A stretch of DNA of 56,288 nucleotides from contig CM119268.1 in the NCBI GenBank assembly GCA_051294375.1, positions 19,390,203-19,446,490 of the forward strand, in the 5' to 3' direction. Positions 1 through 12,400 of this stretch are shown one piece after another. The notes below the pieces were generated by a model, which was not told the origin of the DNA, ran no database searches, and saw only the letters and a program-made list of their open reading frames with translations. Source of the DNA: Paraspadella gotoi (taxonomy: Eukaryota; Animalia; Chaetognatha). The position numbers and the translations under genes were made by a program. The number at the start of each line of letters is the position of its first letter. Position 1 is the first letter of the stretch.

Positions 1-488
1 TTTTTCTATTTTTTCACTTTATTCCCCGAAATGATTGTTTTCCTTTTTTTTCTTTTTATTATTTAATTTTTCTTTGTAATTTGATTATACTTCAATTTTT
101 TTAATATCCGTAAAAAATTATCTATCTAATATTTATATAATATAAATGTTCTCGATTCTTTTTTTTTTTAATTACTGATGTCTTCTTTTCAACACTATTC
201 TGAGTTTTCATCCGGGTAACCCATCGATATTGATCCGGATGCAAGATGGCTTGAATACATTATCTATCGGTTGAAACAATTTCATTAAAGCAAACTGGTT
301 CTTAATTTACAATTTGCTTTCATTAAACACTCTTCCAGTTTTTGTTGTTGTTTTTGTTGTTGTAAATGTCATGTGACCTCCAAAGCGATGAAAGGAAAGC
401 AAAAATTGAAGTAGATTCGAAGCGAAGAAGAAAAACTCGAATTCAAAATTCTCATTTTCTCTTGTCAAGACCAGACTCTCTGTCTCTG

Positions 489-576
<88 letters not shown>

Positions 577-689
577 AATTCTTCAACGTTTTCCTTATCC
601 CCCTCATCTTACAAAATTCCACGAATTTTCTTCCATTTCTTCTGTTTTGAATTTCGATGTTTACGTTTTTGTTTACATTTTGTCTCTCG

Positions 690-1020
690 AATCGCGACGT
701 CGAATTTTTTGTTTATTCATCGCCGCTCGATTTCCTTCTCGCGACGTGCGAGAGGAAGGCGCCGCCGCGTGGCGTGACGTGCGCCGGATTGGCGTCGCGG
801 AGCGCGGCGTGATACGGCGTGACTAGACGCGTCGCGTGAGAGGATGATGCCTAACGTAACGCCATCGGTTTGACGCCGTTTGGCGTGGTAGCAAGTAGCG
901 TATCGTTGCGTGAAATTCATTGGGGCGCTAATATCCTGGATTTGAAATTAGGTGTCGCGGGAGTTCTTTTATTTCTTATATAGAATAAGTCCGGGAGGCG
1001 GGACCGTGAGGTGAGGTTTG
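690..1020. promoter_or_regulatory. CpG-rich island, possible promoter or first exon
   Basis: Dense CG dinucleotides in AT-rich surroundings, GGGAGGCGGG, and a GAG|GTGAG donor-like site near 1010. Confidence 0.3.
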
Positions 1021-1328
1021 TGAATGACAGTGGCTAGAGTACAATTAGTTGACTCTAATTCATATGCGTCGCTTCACGTTAATTTTCACTTTTTAGTGAC
1101 ACCTTTTTTTCGCGCCACTAAAATCTTAAATAATGATTTAAGGTTTAGTTTTTTATTTAACTGTAAAGTAATACGTTAAATAGTAAACAACAGCCGGGAA
1201 AAACATTTCAAAAACAGTAAAGAAGAAAAGTTTAAAAAAAAAGGAAATTTCTCATTTTTGTTTTCCAAATGAAAAGAATTGGAAGGATTAGAGAAAAATC
1301 GAAAGAGAGAGCGCGCGAGAGAGATAGA

Positions 1329-1403
<75 letters not shown>

Positions 1404-1553
1404 GATATTCCGGGGGATTTTTTACGCAACAAATAACAATAAAAATCCTTATTTTCCTTTTAATTCCTTTTATTAAAGTGTGGCGAAATTGGAAATGTGT
1501 GTGTGTGGGAGAAAGAAATTGAAAGAGAAAAAAAGAGTAAAGAGAAGAAAAAG

Positions 1554-1632
<79 letters not shown>

Positions 1633-1788
1633 AAAAATAAGAGAGAAAAGAAAAGAGACAAAAAGAAAGGTAAAGAAAGGAAAGGAAAAGAATGTAGAAA
1701 AAAAAGAAAAGGGAAAGGGAAAGGTATCCCTAACGTGGTTTAAAAGGAGATTGTTTCTTGTTTGCCCCAAAGTGCAAGGGTGGCACCG

Positions 1789-2188
1789 TTACCATCGCGA
1801 CCAAAGAGAAGCGAATCCATCAGGCCAAAGCGACTGGGTAGTTTTTGGCGGGAAAGGAAGATCACGGGGCGAAAGTGATGAGGTCGCTGATGTGGTCTCG
1901 GATGTGGTCGCTGATGTGGTCGCTCGAGCTAAATAATGGGGCTGGGGAAAGGGCGATTGATGATGATGATGACGATGCGTTTCTGAGGGTTGAGTAACGG
2001 TCCACAGAGCAAAGACGCCGCCTATCGATGGGGTTGATAAAAGTGATGGGTTGCCTCTAGGTAATTGATGGACTTGACAGGAGAGAGTGATGGGGTCGAC
2101 GGCTTCACAGCAAATCTTGTCTCTCGTTGTCAACATCGGAGAGAGTTGAAGGACGGACGGAGTCTCGACCAAAACAACATTAAAGTTG
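1789..2188 (-). CDS. Candidate terminal exon, unknown low-complexity product
   Basis: Pyrimidine tract plus CAG acceptor and a 130-codon open frame to a stop. Strand and frame are ambiguous because + strand frames are also plausible. Confidence 0.25.
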
Positions 2189-3313
2189 CTGTTTGGGATG
2201 AAGTTGGTGATGGAAAGAAGGAGTGATGATGATGACGATGATGACGATGATGATGATGACGATGATGACGATGATGATGATGATGATTATGATGATAATG
2301 ATGATGACGTTGATGATGATGATACTCTGGCACAAGAGATAGAGAGAGAGAGAGATAGAAACAAAAATAATCGTAAATCACTCAATGATTCTTTTGTAGA
2401 TGGCCTAGGATGGTGCCATCCAACGTGATAACGGAATTGAAGTTGGCGCTGACGTTGGCGCTGTTTCGTGGCTGACTGATTGTTTATTGTTTATGTAAAA
2501 GCATTCATAAACCAACTTGCTTGGTTAAAGGAAGTAAAACCTTAATAAAATAATCAAAGCATATAGATATTCCATAGGCTAATCAGCATATGCAATATCT
2601 ATATGTAAAGCCACAAACAATAGAAAAAGTAATCAATTAATTAATCAATTAATTAACAAATAAAAGTAATATCCAATAACAATTGTAAATTAGTTGATGA
2701 GATGTTCCAGTTATTTATTTCCCAAATTATGCTTCTTTTAAGCAGATGGAATAAAGAAGGGAAATCAGCTGATCTAGTTTCTTGATAGTTCTTTTGTTTT
2801 ACGTAACACAAGGCTAACAAAAGGCTAACAAAAGGCTAACAAAATGTTTAACCATAAAAGGTTTCCAAGTAGATAACAGCATATGTTGCAGTGGCGACTC
2901 TGGCCGAGTCTCAGCTCAGTGGCTGGCGAATTTGGGGTTCAAGACCACAACCCCCCCAGACGAAAATACAGGTAACAGTATTAAGCAACGATTGGGCTCA
3001 TAACTTTAAGGTATTGAACTAAAGATTAAAAAAAATTATCTAATACTAAATTTGGCTGGCGAATCTGGGGTTCAAGCCCACACTTTCTTAATTAAATGAA
3101 TTTCATGGTTTTTAATCTTCGTTCACTTGTTTGTTAGTTTATTTTTTATAAAGTTTTTGCTTAAATTCTCTTTCATTTTCTTTATTGTTGTCGCTAAACA
3201 AAAAAAGGCAAGTTAAGTATTTTCTCTTTGACTTCTCAAATTACGACTAGAAACGAAAAATCAATATCGAGAAGAAAATGGAGACATAAATAGCGAGCGA
3301 ACAAGAATAGTTA

Positions 3314-3432
<119 letters not shown>

Positions 3433-3650
3433 TTCTGTATTCCTGTCGAAAAGTTGGGACTAATGGATCGACGGAAGACGACGACTAACGAAAACCACGC
3501 GGACGACGACGACTACGACGACGACGACGACGACTACGACCACTAAGACGAAAAGTCCGACTGACGAAATGGAGGCCCATTTTTTTCCTTTCATTCTTTC
3601 CCTCCCTCGTGAGTCGACAATGTTCGACGCGATTCCATTCATAGTTTTTT

Positions 3651-3909
3651 TAACAATCCTTGGAACTGGCGTCTTTTCAGTCTTCTACATCAACATAACA
3701 ATCCTTGGAACTGGCGTCTTTTGAGTCTTCTACATCAATATAACATTCCTTGTAACTGGCGTCTCTACAGCCTTCTACATCAACATAACAATCCTTGGAA
3801 CTGGCGTCTTTTTAGTCTTCTACATCAACATAACAATCCTTGAAACTGGCGTCTCTTCAGTCTTCTACATCAATATAACAATCCTTGGAACTGGCGTCTC
3901 TTCAGTCTT
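3651..3909. repeat. 45-bp tandem repeat, ~5.8 copies
   Basis: Unit TAACAATCCTTGGAACTGGCGTCTTTTCAGTCTTCTACATCAACA. Confidence 0.95.
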
Positions 3910-6066
3910 ACTGTTAGGGATCATTAAAGCAAAGTGATGTTGAAATTTATTATTATTACGATATAAAAACAAACAACTATTTCTGAGAGTTATCTTAAAG
4001 TTATCAAAAAGTTTTTATCGCAATTTTATTGAAAATTAGCAAATGATTTTTTTATCAGTTTATATCAACATTTTTAAAAGTTAACTAACCCAAACTAACC
4101 CAAACTAATCCGTACATCCGTCATACCCAATCGATATCATATCTACACAATCTCCCTCTGTCCATTTCTCTCTCTGTTCTCTCATCTCCCACATTTTCGT
4201 CTCGCTCTCTCGATCTTCCTCTCTCGAAAGTGTCATGTTCCCCTCTTTCCTATTTTATGGATTCCAATTCTTTTCCTTTCACGATTTTGTTTTCCTTTTA
4301 TTTCCTTTTTGTTTCTTTTCTTCTTTCTTTTTCTCCATTAATATTTTCCTTTAATTGTTTTTTCTCTCTTCATTTATCGCTTCTATATTTCTATACTTAT
4401 TTCCGTTAAATACTTTAAATTTGTTTTTTTTATTAGGATTATTCCAGAAATTGAATCTCAAGGCTTCGTTTTTAGAATCAAAAAACCAAAACAAAGTTCT
4501 TAATCTTTCTCCAAAAAAAAATCAATACTGATATTCATACAAATATTCATTTTCTTAATGTTAATTTGTTTTCTTTTTATTGTATTTCATTTTATCATAT
4601 AAAAAACTAACACTAAAACTTTTAATCTTCCACTTCTTCGGACACCCTCTCGTGTCCCTTTCAAATTCTAAGCCAAAAAAATTAGATGTCTCGGCGGTCT
4701 TCTCCTCCTCTTCCTCCTCCTCACTCTCCTCCCCATCCTCTTCCCCTCCCTTTCCTCCTCCTCCTCTCTTTCCTTCCCATCCTCTTCCTCCTCCTCACTC
4801 TCCTCCCCGTCCTCTTCCCCTACTTTTCCTCATCCTCCTCTCTTTCCTTCCCCTCCTCTACCCTCTTCTCTGCTTGTCGATGAAGAATCGAGTGAAAAAT
4901 GGGCGACGGAGAAAGATAACCGCGATTTCATTGACGCGATGGGAGAGGGGGGAAGAGATCGCGGGGAAAGACGAGGAGAGAGAGGGGAAGAGATAGGGGG
5001 AAAGATGAGGAAAGAGGGGAAGTAGATAAGGGGAAAGACGAGGAGAGAGGGGGAAAGAGATAGGGGGAAAGACGAGGAGAGAAAGGGGAAGAGATAGGGG
5101 AAGCGTGAGAGAGATCAGGGAGGGAGAGTAGGAGGAAAGACGAGGAGAGAGGGAGAAGAGATAGGGGAAAAGGGTGATGAGAGAGGGGGAAGAGATAAGG
5201 GGAAAGACAGGGAGAGAGGGGGAAGGATATGGGGGAAAGACGAGAAGAGAAAGGGAAGAGATAGGGGGAAAGATGAGGAGAAGAGGGGGGAGAGATATGG
5301 GGAAAGAGAGGAGAGAGGGGAAGAGAAAGGGGGAAAAGGTGAATGAGCAGGAGGAGGAAGAGATCGCTGGAAAGACGAGGAGAGAGGCGGTAAAGAGATA
5401 GGAGAAAAGACGAGGAGAGAGGGGAAAAGATAGGGAAAGAGTGATGAGAGAGGTGAAGAGGGATAGAGGGGAAAGACGAGGAGAGAGAGAGAAGATATAG
5501 GGGGAAAGACCAGGAGAGAGGGGGAAGAGATAGAGGGAAAGACGATAAGAAAGGGGAAAAGGGGAAAAATGATGAGAGAGAAAAATCAGAGGGGAAATTG
5601 AAATAGAGGAAAAAGATAGGGAGTATGAATAGGAAGAAGAAAAAATAGTTGATGTGAGAGGCCAGGACTCTCAGATGATTAAGAATAACTTCTGACAAAG
5701 ATAAGACTGAATTTTAGTTTTTATGTAGATTTATTTCCTTTTTTAGTCCCAGCACTGGTTTTACTTGGACAAAGCTCGGACAAAGATCCCGTCCCGAGCT
5801 CAGCCGCCCATCGCCATGAGGGACAATCAACTTTGAGCGCCTCTTGATCGGATCGGATTCAATGCGTCCCACTTTCCGGCGCCACGACGATTGTGCCGAA
5901 CCACGACCGTCACTCCCCAGTTCTCGGTCAGCTCAAGAAACTCTGATCCCGACCAACATCGTTGATGGCTATGATCCAGTTTGCTAACTTAAGGAAGCCT
6001 CAACATTACCACAAGCCGCAATATTACCATAACATTATCACAAGCCTCAACATTACCACGGTTTAC

Positions 6067-6234
6067 CCTGACAGTCACTGTCCAGTGTCATGACCAATTG
6101 ACCATCTTCTGTATACCTCAAGGAACTCGAATCCTCTGACTGGATTCTGCCAACTTTAGGTTCGCCCTCACCCTCATCATTTCCAGCGATCGTCGAGACC
6201 AAATTCTTTCCACCTGCTGAGTGGATTCTGAATT
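6067..6234 (-). CDS. Candidate internal exon of an unidentified gene (FRIHSAGGKNLVSTIAGNDEGEGEPKVGRIQSEDSSSLRYTEDGQLVMTLDSDCQ); a further exon probably lies at ~5767-5990
   Basis: TAG acceptor, GTAAAC donor, open frame with protein-like composition in a GC-elevated island. No family was recognised. Confidence 0.4.
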
Positions 6235-6638
6235 CTAGTACATGGAAAAAAACAAAGTGAAAGATTTTCAAATGTTTTTTTGCACAAACAAACTATTATC
6301 TTAGTTTTCAATAACTCGTCAATCCAGGATCTGCTGATGTAAATTTTAAAACGAACTTCTCCAATAGAAGAAAAACCGCGACCAATCGCCCAGTCTCAAC
6401 CTGATATCTCATCTCATCTCATCTCAAAAGAAAATCGAAATAAATCGTCATTTCACTCTTTTTTTTCATCCTCCATTGCTGGCGGTGCTTTGTCATCTCC
6501 TTTATTTTTTTCAAAAGTTGGAAGTCATTTCTTACTATTTCTTTCTCACTCTCTCTCTCTCTTTCACTTACTCGTTCTCACACTCTCACTCTCTCTGTCT
6601 CTCTTTCTCATCTTCTCTCACTCACTCACTCACACACT

Positions 6639-7621
6639 NNNNNNNNNNNNNNNNNNNNNNNNNNNNNNNNNNNNNNNNNNNNNNNNNNNNNNNNNNNNNN
6701 NNNNNNNNNNNNNNNNNNNNNNNNNNNNNNNNNNNNNNNNNNNNNNNNNNNNNNNNNNNNNNNNNNNNNNNNNNNNNNNNNNNNNNNNNNNNNNNNNNNN
6801 NNNNNNNNNNNNNNNNNNNNNNNNNNNNNNNNNNNNNNNNNNNNNNNNNNNNNNNNNNNNNNNNNNNNNNNNNNNNNNNNNNNNNNNNNNNNNNNNNNNN
6901 NNNNNNNNNNNNNNNNNNNNNNNNNNNNNNNNNNNNNNNNNNNNNNNNNNNNNNNNNNNNNNNNNNNNNNNNNNNNNNNNNNNNNNNNNNNNNNNNNNNN
7001 NNNNNNNNNNNNNNNNNNNNNNNNNNNNNNNNNNNNNNNNNNNNNNNNNNNNNNNNNNNNNNNNNNNNNNNNNNNNNNNNNNNNNNNNNNNNNNNNNNNN
7101 NNNNNNNNNNNNNNNNNNNNNNNNNNNNNNNNNNNNNNNNNNNNNNNNNNNNNNNNNNNNNNNNNNNNNNNNNNNNNNNNNNNNNNNNNNNNNNNNNNNN
7201 NNNNNNNNNNNNNNNNNNNNNNNNNNNNNNNNNNNNNNNNNNNNNNNNNNNNNNNNNNNNNNNNNNNNNNNNNNNNNNNNNNNNNNNNNNNNNNNNNNNN
7301 NNNNNNNNNNNNNNNNNNNNNNNNNNNNNNNNNNNNNNNNNNNNNNNNNNNNNNNNNNNNNNNNNNNNNNNNNNNNNNNNNNNNNNNNNNNNNNNNNNNN
7401 NNNNNNNNNNNNNNNNNNNNNNNNNNNNNNNNNNNNNNNNNNNNNNNNNNNNNNNNNNNNNNNNNNNNNNNNNNNNNNNNNNNNNNNNNNNNNNNNNNNN
7501 NNNNNNNNNNNNNNNNNNNNNNNNNNNNNNNNNNNNNNNNNNNNNNNNNNNNNNNNNNNNNNNNNNNNNNNNNNNNNNNNNNNNNNNNNNNNNNNNNNNN
7601 NNNNNNNNNNNNNNNNNNNNN
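6639..7621. other. Assembly gap (983 N); other gaps at 15851-15875, 16210-16389 and 46932-46956
   Basis: Runs of N. Confidence 1.
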
Positions 7622-7904
7622 CAAAGGCCGAAGGAAGGAGGCTATTAAGGGCAAAGGGTGGAGGATTAGGGCTGAGGGCAGAGGATGGGAAGGGCGGGGC
7701 GAAGAATTGGAGCGAAGCCTGGGAAGGACGGAGGACCGAACATAACAAAGCAGGGGAGGTGTTGGTATTAATTTGTTTTATTTGAACCAAAACGATTTAT
7801 TATAAAGGGGCAACTGAGGAAAATATTATGGAATGAGCAAATCAGAAATCCAAAAATCGATTTATCTTTAATCTATATTAGTTGCTCGGATTTTGGTCAA
7901 CTTT

Positions 7905-8025
7905 AGAATGGCTCATAGTGTATGGTTACAGGTGGGTTAGCGAGGCTGGTATGAAATTTTCTAGACTGTCCACCTTACTATGCTTCATTTAGTGTAGTGG
8001 TTACAGTGGTAGCGAGGCTGTTTTC

Positions 8026-8062
<37 letters not shown>

Positions 8063-8597
8063 CGATGAATTTGTCTGCTGATTCCAGCCTTACTATGGCT
8101 TCATAGTGTAGTGGTTACAGGTGGTAGCGAGGCTGCCTATGAAATTTTCTGCTTCCACCTTACTATGGCTTCATAGTGTAGTGGTTACAGGTGGTAGCGA
8201 GCTGTATGAAATTTCTGCTGTCCACCTTACTATGGCTTCATAGTGTAGTGGTTACAGGTGGGTAGCGAGGCTGTATGAAATTTTCTGCTGTCACCTTACT
8301 ATGGCTTCATAGTGTAGTGGTTACCAGGTGGTAGGCGAGGCTGTATGAAATTTTCTCTGGTCCACCTTACTATGGCTTCATAGTTGTATGTTACAGGTGG
8401 TAGCGAGGCTGAGAGAATTTTCTGCTGTCCACCTTACTATGGCTTCATAGTGTAGTTGGTTACCAGTGGGTAGCGAAGGCTGTATGGAAATTATTTTCTG
8501 CTGTCCACCTACTATTGGTTCATAGTGTAGTGGTTACAGGTGGGTAGCGAGGCTGTATTGAATTTTCTGCTGTCCACCGTTACTAGGGCTTCAGAGT
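7905..8597. repeat. ~69-bp satellite, ~10 noisy copies
   Basis: Unit CTTACTATGGCTTCATAGTGTAGTGGTTACAGGTGGTAGCGAGGCTGTATGAAATTTTCTGCTGTCCAC. Confidence 0.92.
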
Positions 8598-9390
8598 GCC
8601 CCCTTCAAGATCCCCCTTTCGCTCTTTCACTTCTTTTCTCGTTTCGGGTCGCGGCCTCCAAAAGATAAAACGAAAAAAGAAGAAGAAGAGAAGAAGAAGA
8701 AGAAGAAGAAGAAGAAGAAGAAGAGAAGAAGAAAATAGAAATATAAAGATTAAAGAGGAATGTCGGCCGTAGCCTCGTTTGGCTCATGAGTTGGACCCTT
8801 CCACCCCAAGAAGACGCCGTCTTTTTCGTTTTTTCCAATTTTTTCCGCGGGGGGTTTTTTCGTCGTCACATGAATCATCATGATCATCTTCTATTCGATC
8901 CATCAATCATCAAAAATCATAATCATCATCATCATCTTTAACATCATAATCTTCATCCATCATCATATCATCATCATCATCATCATCATAGATCATCATA
9001 TTCATCATATTCATCATTCATCATCATCATCATCTCGTCATCATGATCATCATCTTCAACTTTTTCATCATCATCCTCTTTCATCATCCTAATCATTATA
9101 ATCTCATCATTCATCATCATCATTAAATCATCATCATCTTCAACTTCTTCATCATTCATCATCATCACAATCATCATCTTCATCATTATAATCATTATCA
9201 TCATCGTCCTCATCTTCATTCTCATATCATTCATCAATTCGTCAACCCGATTCCTTAACGCATTTCTCATTCTTCTCCTTTTTACTGGAGTTGAATATCA
9301 CTCTACAAGATATTTACATATTGTGATAAGGCCCTAATGGGACTGAAGATGTACTTCTATAACTCTATAAGCCCACTCTTGCACCATGGA

Positions 9391-9465
9391 ACGGGTCCTG
9401 GCTTGGAACCAGCTTGGAGTTTTGCCACACCACAAGGCAGCTTACGGCCATCCTCACGCTTCCGC
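9391..9465 (-). ncRNA. Twister ribozyme (family A), noisy mirror copy of 21761-21839
   Basis: Reverse complement of the 21761 copy with small indels. It lies in the left arm of the large inverted duplication, so it may not be an independent locus. Confidence 0.5.
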
Positions 9466-12400
9466 AGGGCAGGTAAGCCGGGTTGGGGCTTGAAACCCGT
9501 ACCCTAGTGGTTTTAAGTCTGATGGCTTTACTCAATGAGCCACCGGGTGCACAACTGAAAGTTTGTAAAGCTTATAGACGGGGTAACCTACGCAATCCCT
9601 ACTACAAGCCCTTCCAAATACTGCGTCCAGTGGAGGGAGGGGAGCAATCTTCGGATGTCCCATGGTGGCCTGGAATCAGAAGGTTGGAATACGCTCGACA
9701 GATGGGCTCACCAGTAAGGCGTAGTGAAAATTACTAACAAAAATTCTTAAAATTAATTATGAAACCACATACCATCACGTGAACATTTAATTTGCTAAAA
9801 AAAATTAATTTTTTGTTTTTTAGTTTTCGCAGTAGGCTATATTTAATAGTATAATACTATCCTTATAGTATCGAAAATTTTCAAAATTAGGCTTTTCTTA
9901 ATTGATTGCCAATTTTGAATTCTTCGTCAAAAGTTGATAAAGAAAATATTAAATCAGTTTATTTATAATTCTTTTCATAAGTGGGTTAAAAATTAAAAAA
10001 ACTATATTAATATATAAAAAGTTAATTTTCAGCTTAAAATATAGGCTTTTTCTAATTTTTGACCCACCCTAATAAAGAATTTTTTTAATAAATTTAAAAA
10101 TTTTTTTTGGATTTCAAATTTTTTTAATAGATCTTTAAAAATTAGATAAAGCTTATTATTTACAACTTTTTACAATTTTTTTTTATTAGATAAAAATTTT
10201 TAAAAAGACTATAAATTCAGGCCCAATTGATGATGATGATTTTTAGCCGGATCTGCTCTACAGCAATTCTGGCTCTGATAATCACTTTGTCGTCCGTCGG
10301 ACCCGCCCCCAATCTTTCGGCATTCACTTATATCATTTCAGAACATCTAAGTTATGATAAATGTATACAAAAAAAATTTATTGTCGTCCATCTGTCTGTT
10401 TGTCTGTCCGTGCTGACTGTATGATGTCCAAGTCTGTCTGTCCGTCCGTCCCACCTACTTAGCAAAAAACACCAAGGTACTCATGAGTGAAATTGATTGA
10501 AATGACTTGGACTGAAATATTTGTGTATGAGAGAAAGTGTGTGATTGAGCAGGAAAGAAGATTCGTTGGAATCGTCCAAGTGCGAAAAAATTAAACAATT
10601 GGGAAAAAAACAAATAATCTAATTTCACATTTGGATTATGCTTTTTTTTATTTTTATATTAAATGCGTACAATTCAAGCTTATTTCTGGAATTAATTAAT
10701 AAAAATTAATATCGAGATTGTTGTGTAGTAAATTGGAGGCGGACAAAGTGAAATACGATTTTGACACGAATAAAAAAAATTAATATGAATAATATTAATT
10801 AATTGAATTTTCTGATGAGCTTCTTACCGCTAATGATCGTGGGCCAATCCGGCATTGTGGTGCTCAAACTTGGATTTAGGATTTTTTCTATTTTTAACCA
10901 ATTTATTGTCAAATTTTGACAAAATTGTAGTACTAACTGTTCATTTAACTTTTTCAAGCTCTATAGCGAATATGTTCTAAAAAATAAAACTTAAACTTTT
11001 TTTGTCATTTGTTATATATTAATAAATATTTAAAGGCTTCAGTGACAACACCAATGAACCAATTCAAAAAGTTTTGCATTTGAAAATCGATTTAGTAGTA
11101 GAAAGAAAAAAAAAAGATTGGAGACAATCTTAAAGTTATAAAGCGGTTTCAATTTTTGCCCGCCTGAATATACAGTTAGTATAAAAAATTAATAATCTTT
11201 AATTAATTTAAAATAATTAATAATAATAATTTAATAATTTAATAATTTTTCGTAGCACTCCAGTTGAAAGTCCCTTGTACCTGTAGTTCTACTTTTAATC
11301 AACAATTCTTCACCAATTTTACAAAAAACTTCTCTTCACTCTTTTGACGAATTAAAAAGTGTGAGAAGCGCTCCGCCACCCCGCCAGGTCCTCCGCAACG
11401 TTCTCCACCACAGTTTTCGACACGCCCCTTTCCAAAACCAAAGTCGCGCCCTCTGGCGTGCTTTTTCCGGTTCCGTCAGCGTTTAAAGGGGACGCGGATT
11501 ATGAATCATTCATTTCATCAACGGAAATCCCAGGCGTGGGGGACTGCGCCGCTGCGAGCAGATCGGAGGCAGCGCGGAAGCGGCGACTTGAGCAGGGAAG
11601 CATCGCGAGGAGGGAGGAGGAGTGGCCTTCATCGACGAAGAGAAGGGGGTTGGAATCAATGTGTAAGCTTTGAAGGTGTTTTGGCCGCCATTGGTGGCAT
11701 TTGACGTTGCCATTTTGCTGATTGGCTGAAGATCGATCGTAGAGATTGTCAGATACGAAAGACGAGTTGAATTAAATCACAGTTGTTTTCGGTCTCTCAG
11801 CGGAGCCGTCAGCTGGTGCCACGTGAGATGTGACGATTACGGCATCGCGATGATGACCTCGCGGCCAGAGTTTGGGGCGGCGGCAGCGGCCAGCAGCAGA
11901 GGCGACGGCGTGCGTTAAAAGAGGGTTTTTGGTCTGACTAAAAGGGGGAAGGAGATGAAGGCGAAGGAAATATGATTTTGAACGAAAAAGAAGGAGACTA
12001 GAAAGGGTGAGTGGCGCGAGAGTTATTTCGAGGTAAAATCGAGTGTGAAAGCTTGGTGGCTTGATCGAAATATTCAAAACGGGGATGAAAGAGAAATGTC
12101 AAAAAAGCATTACGTAGAGATAGATAAATAGATAGATAGATAAATAAAAATACAATTATTACAAACATTATCGGCACAGCCAGCGGCAAAACCCATTTTT
12201 AAAAATCTTCCGCTAAAACTTTATTAACCTTTAGTTTTCAAAATTGTGAAAGCAAAATTTCAGCTTCTGGGGAAATCAATGTCGTGAGGCGTTAAAAAAA
12301 TCTCACGGAATTCTGATTTCTCTATTTTCCGCATTCATTCTCCGGCCTCATCTTTCCACAAGGAACTTCCCCTCTAAAGGGAAATCCCATCTTGTCGATT

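Noticed and set aside
2130-2190. + strand frame RELKDGRSLDQNNIK resembling ubiquitin QLEDGRTLSDYNIQ
   Set aside because: The similarity is limited to ~14 residues, the flanks do not fit a ubiquitin fold, and the frame stops soon after.
6476-7790. 340-430 aa ORFs
   Set aside because: They run through the N gap.
7905-8597. CRISPR-like periodicity (also 3651-3909)
   Set aside because: Whole units repeat with no unique spacers, there are no cas genes, and the context is eukaryotic.
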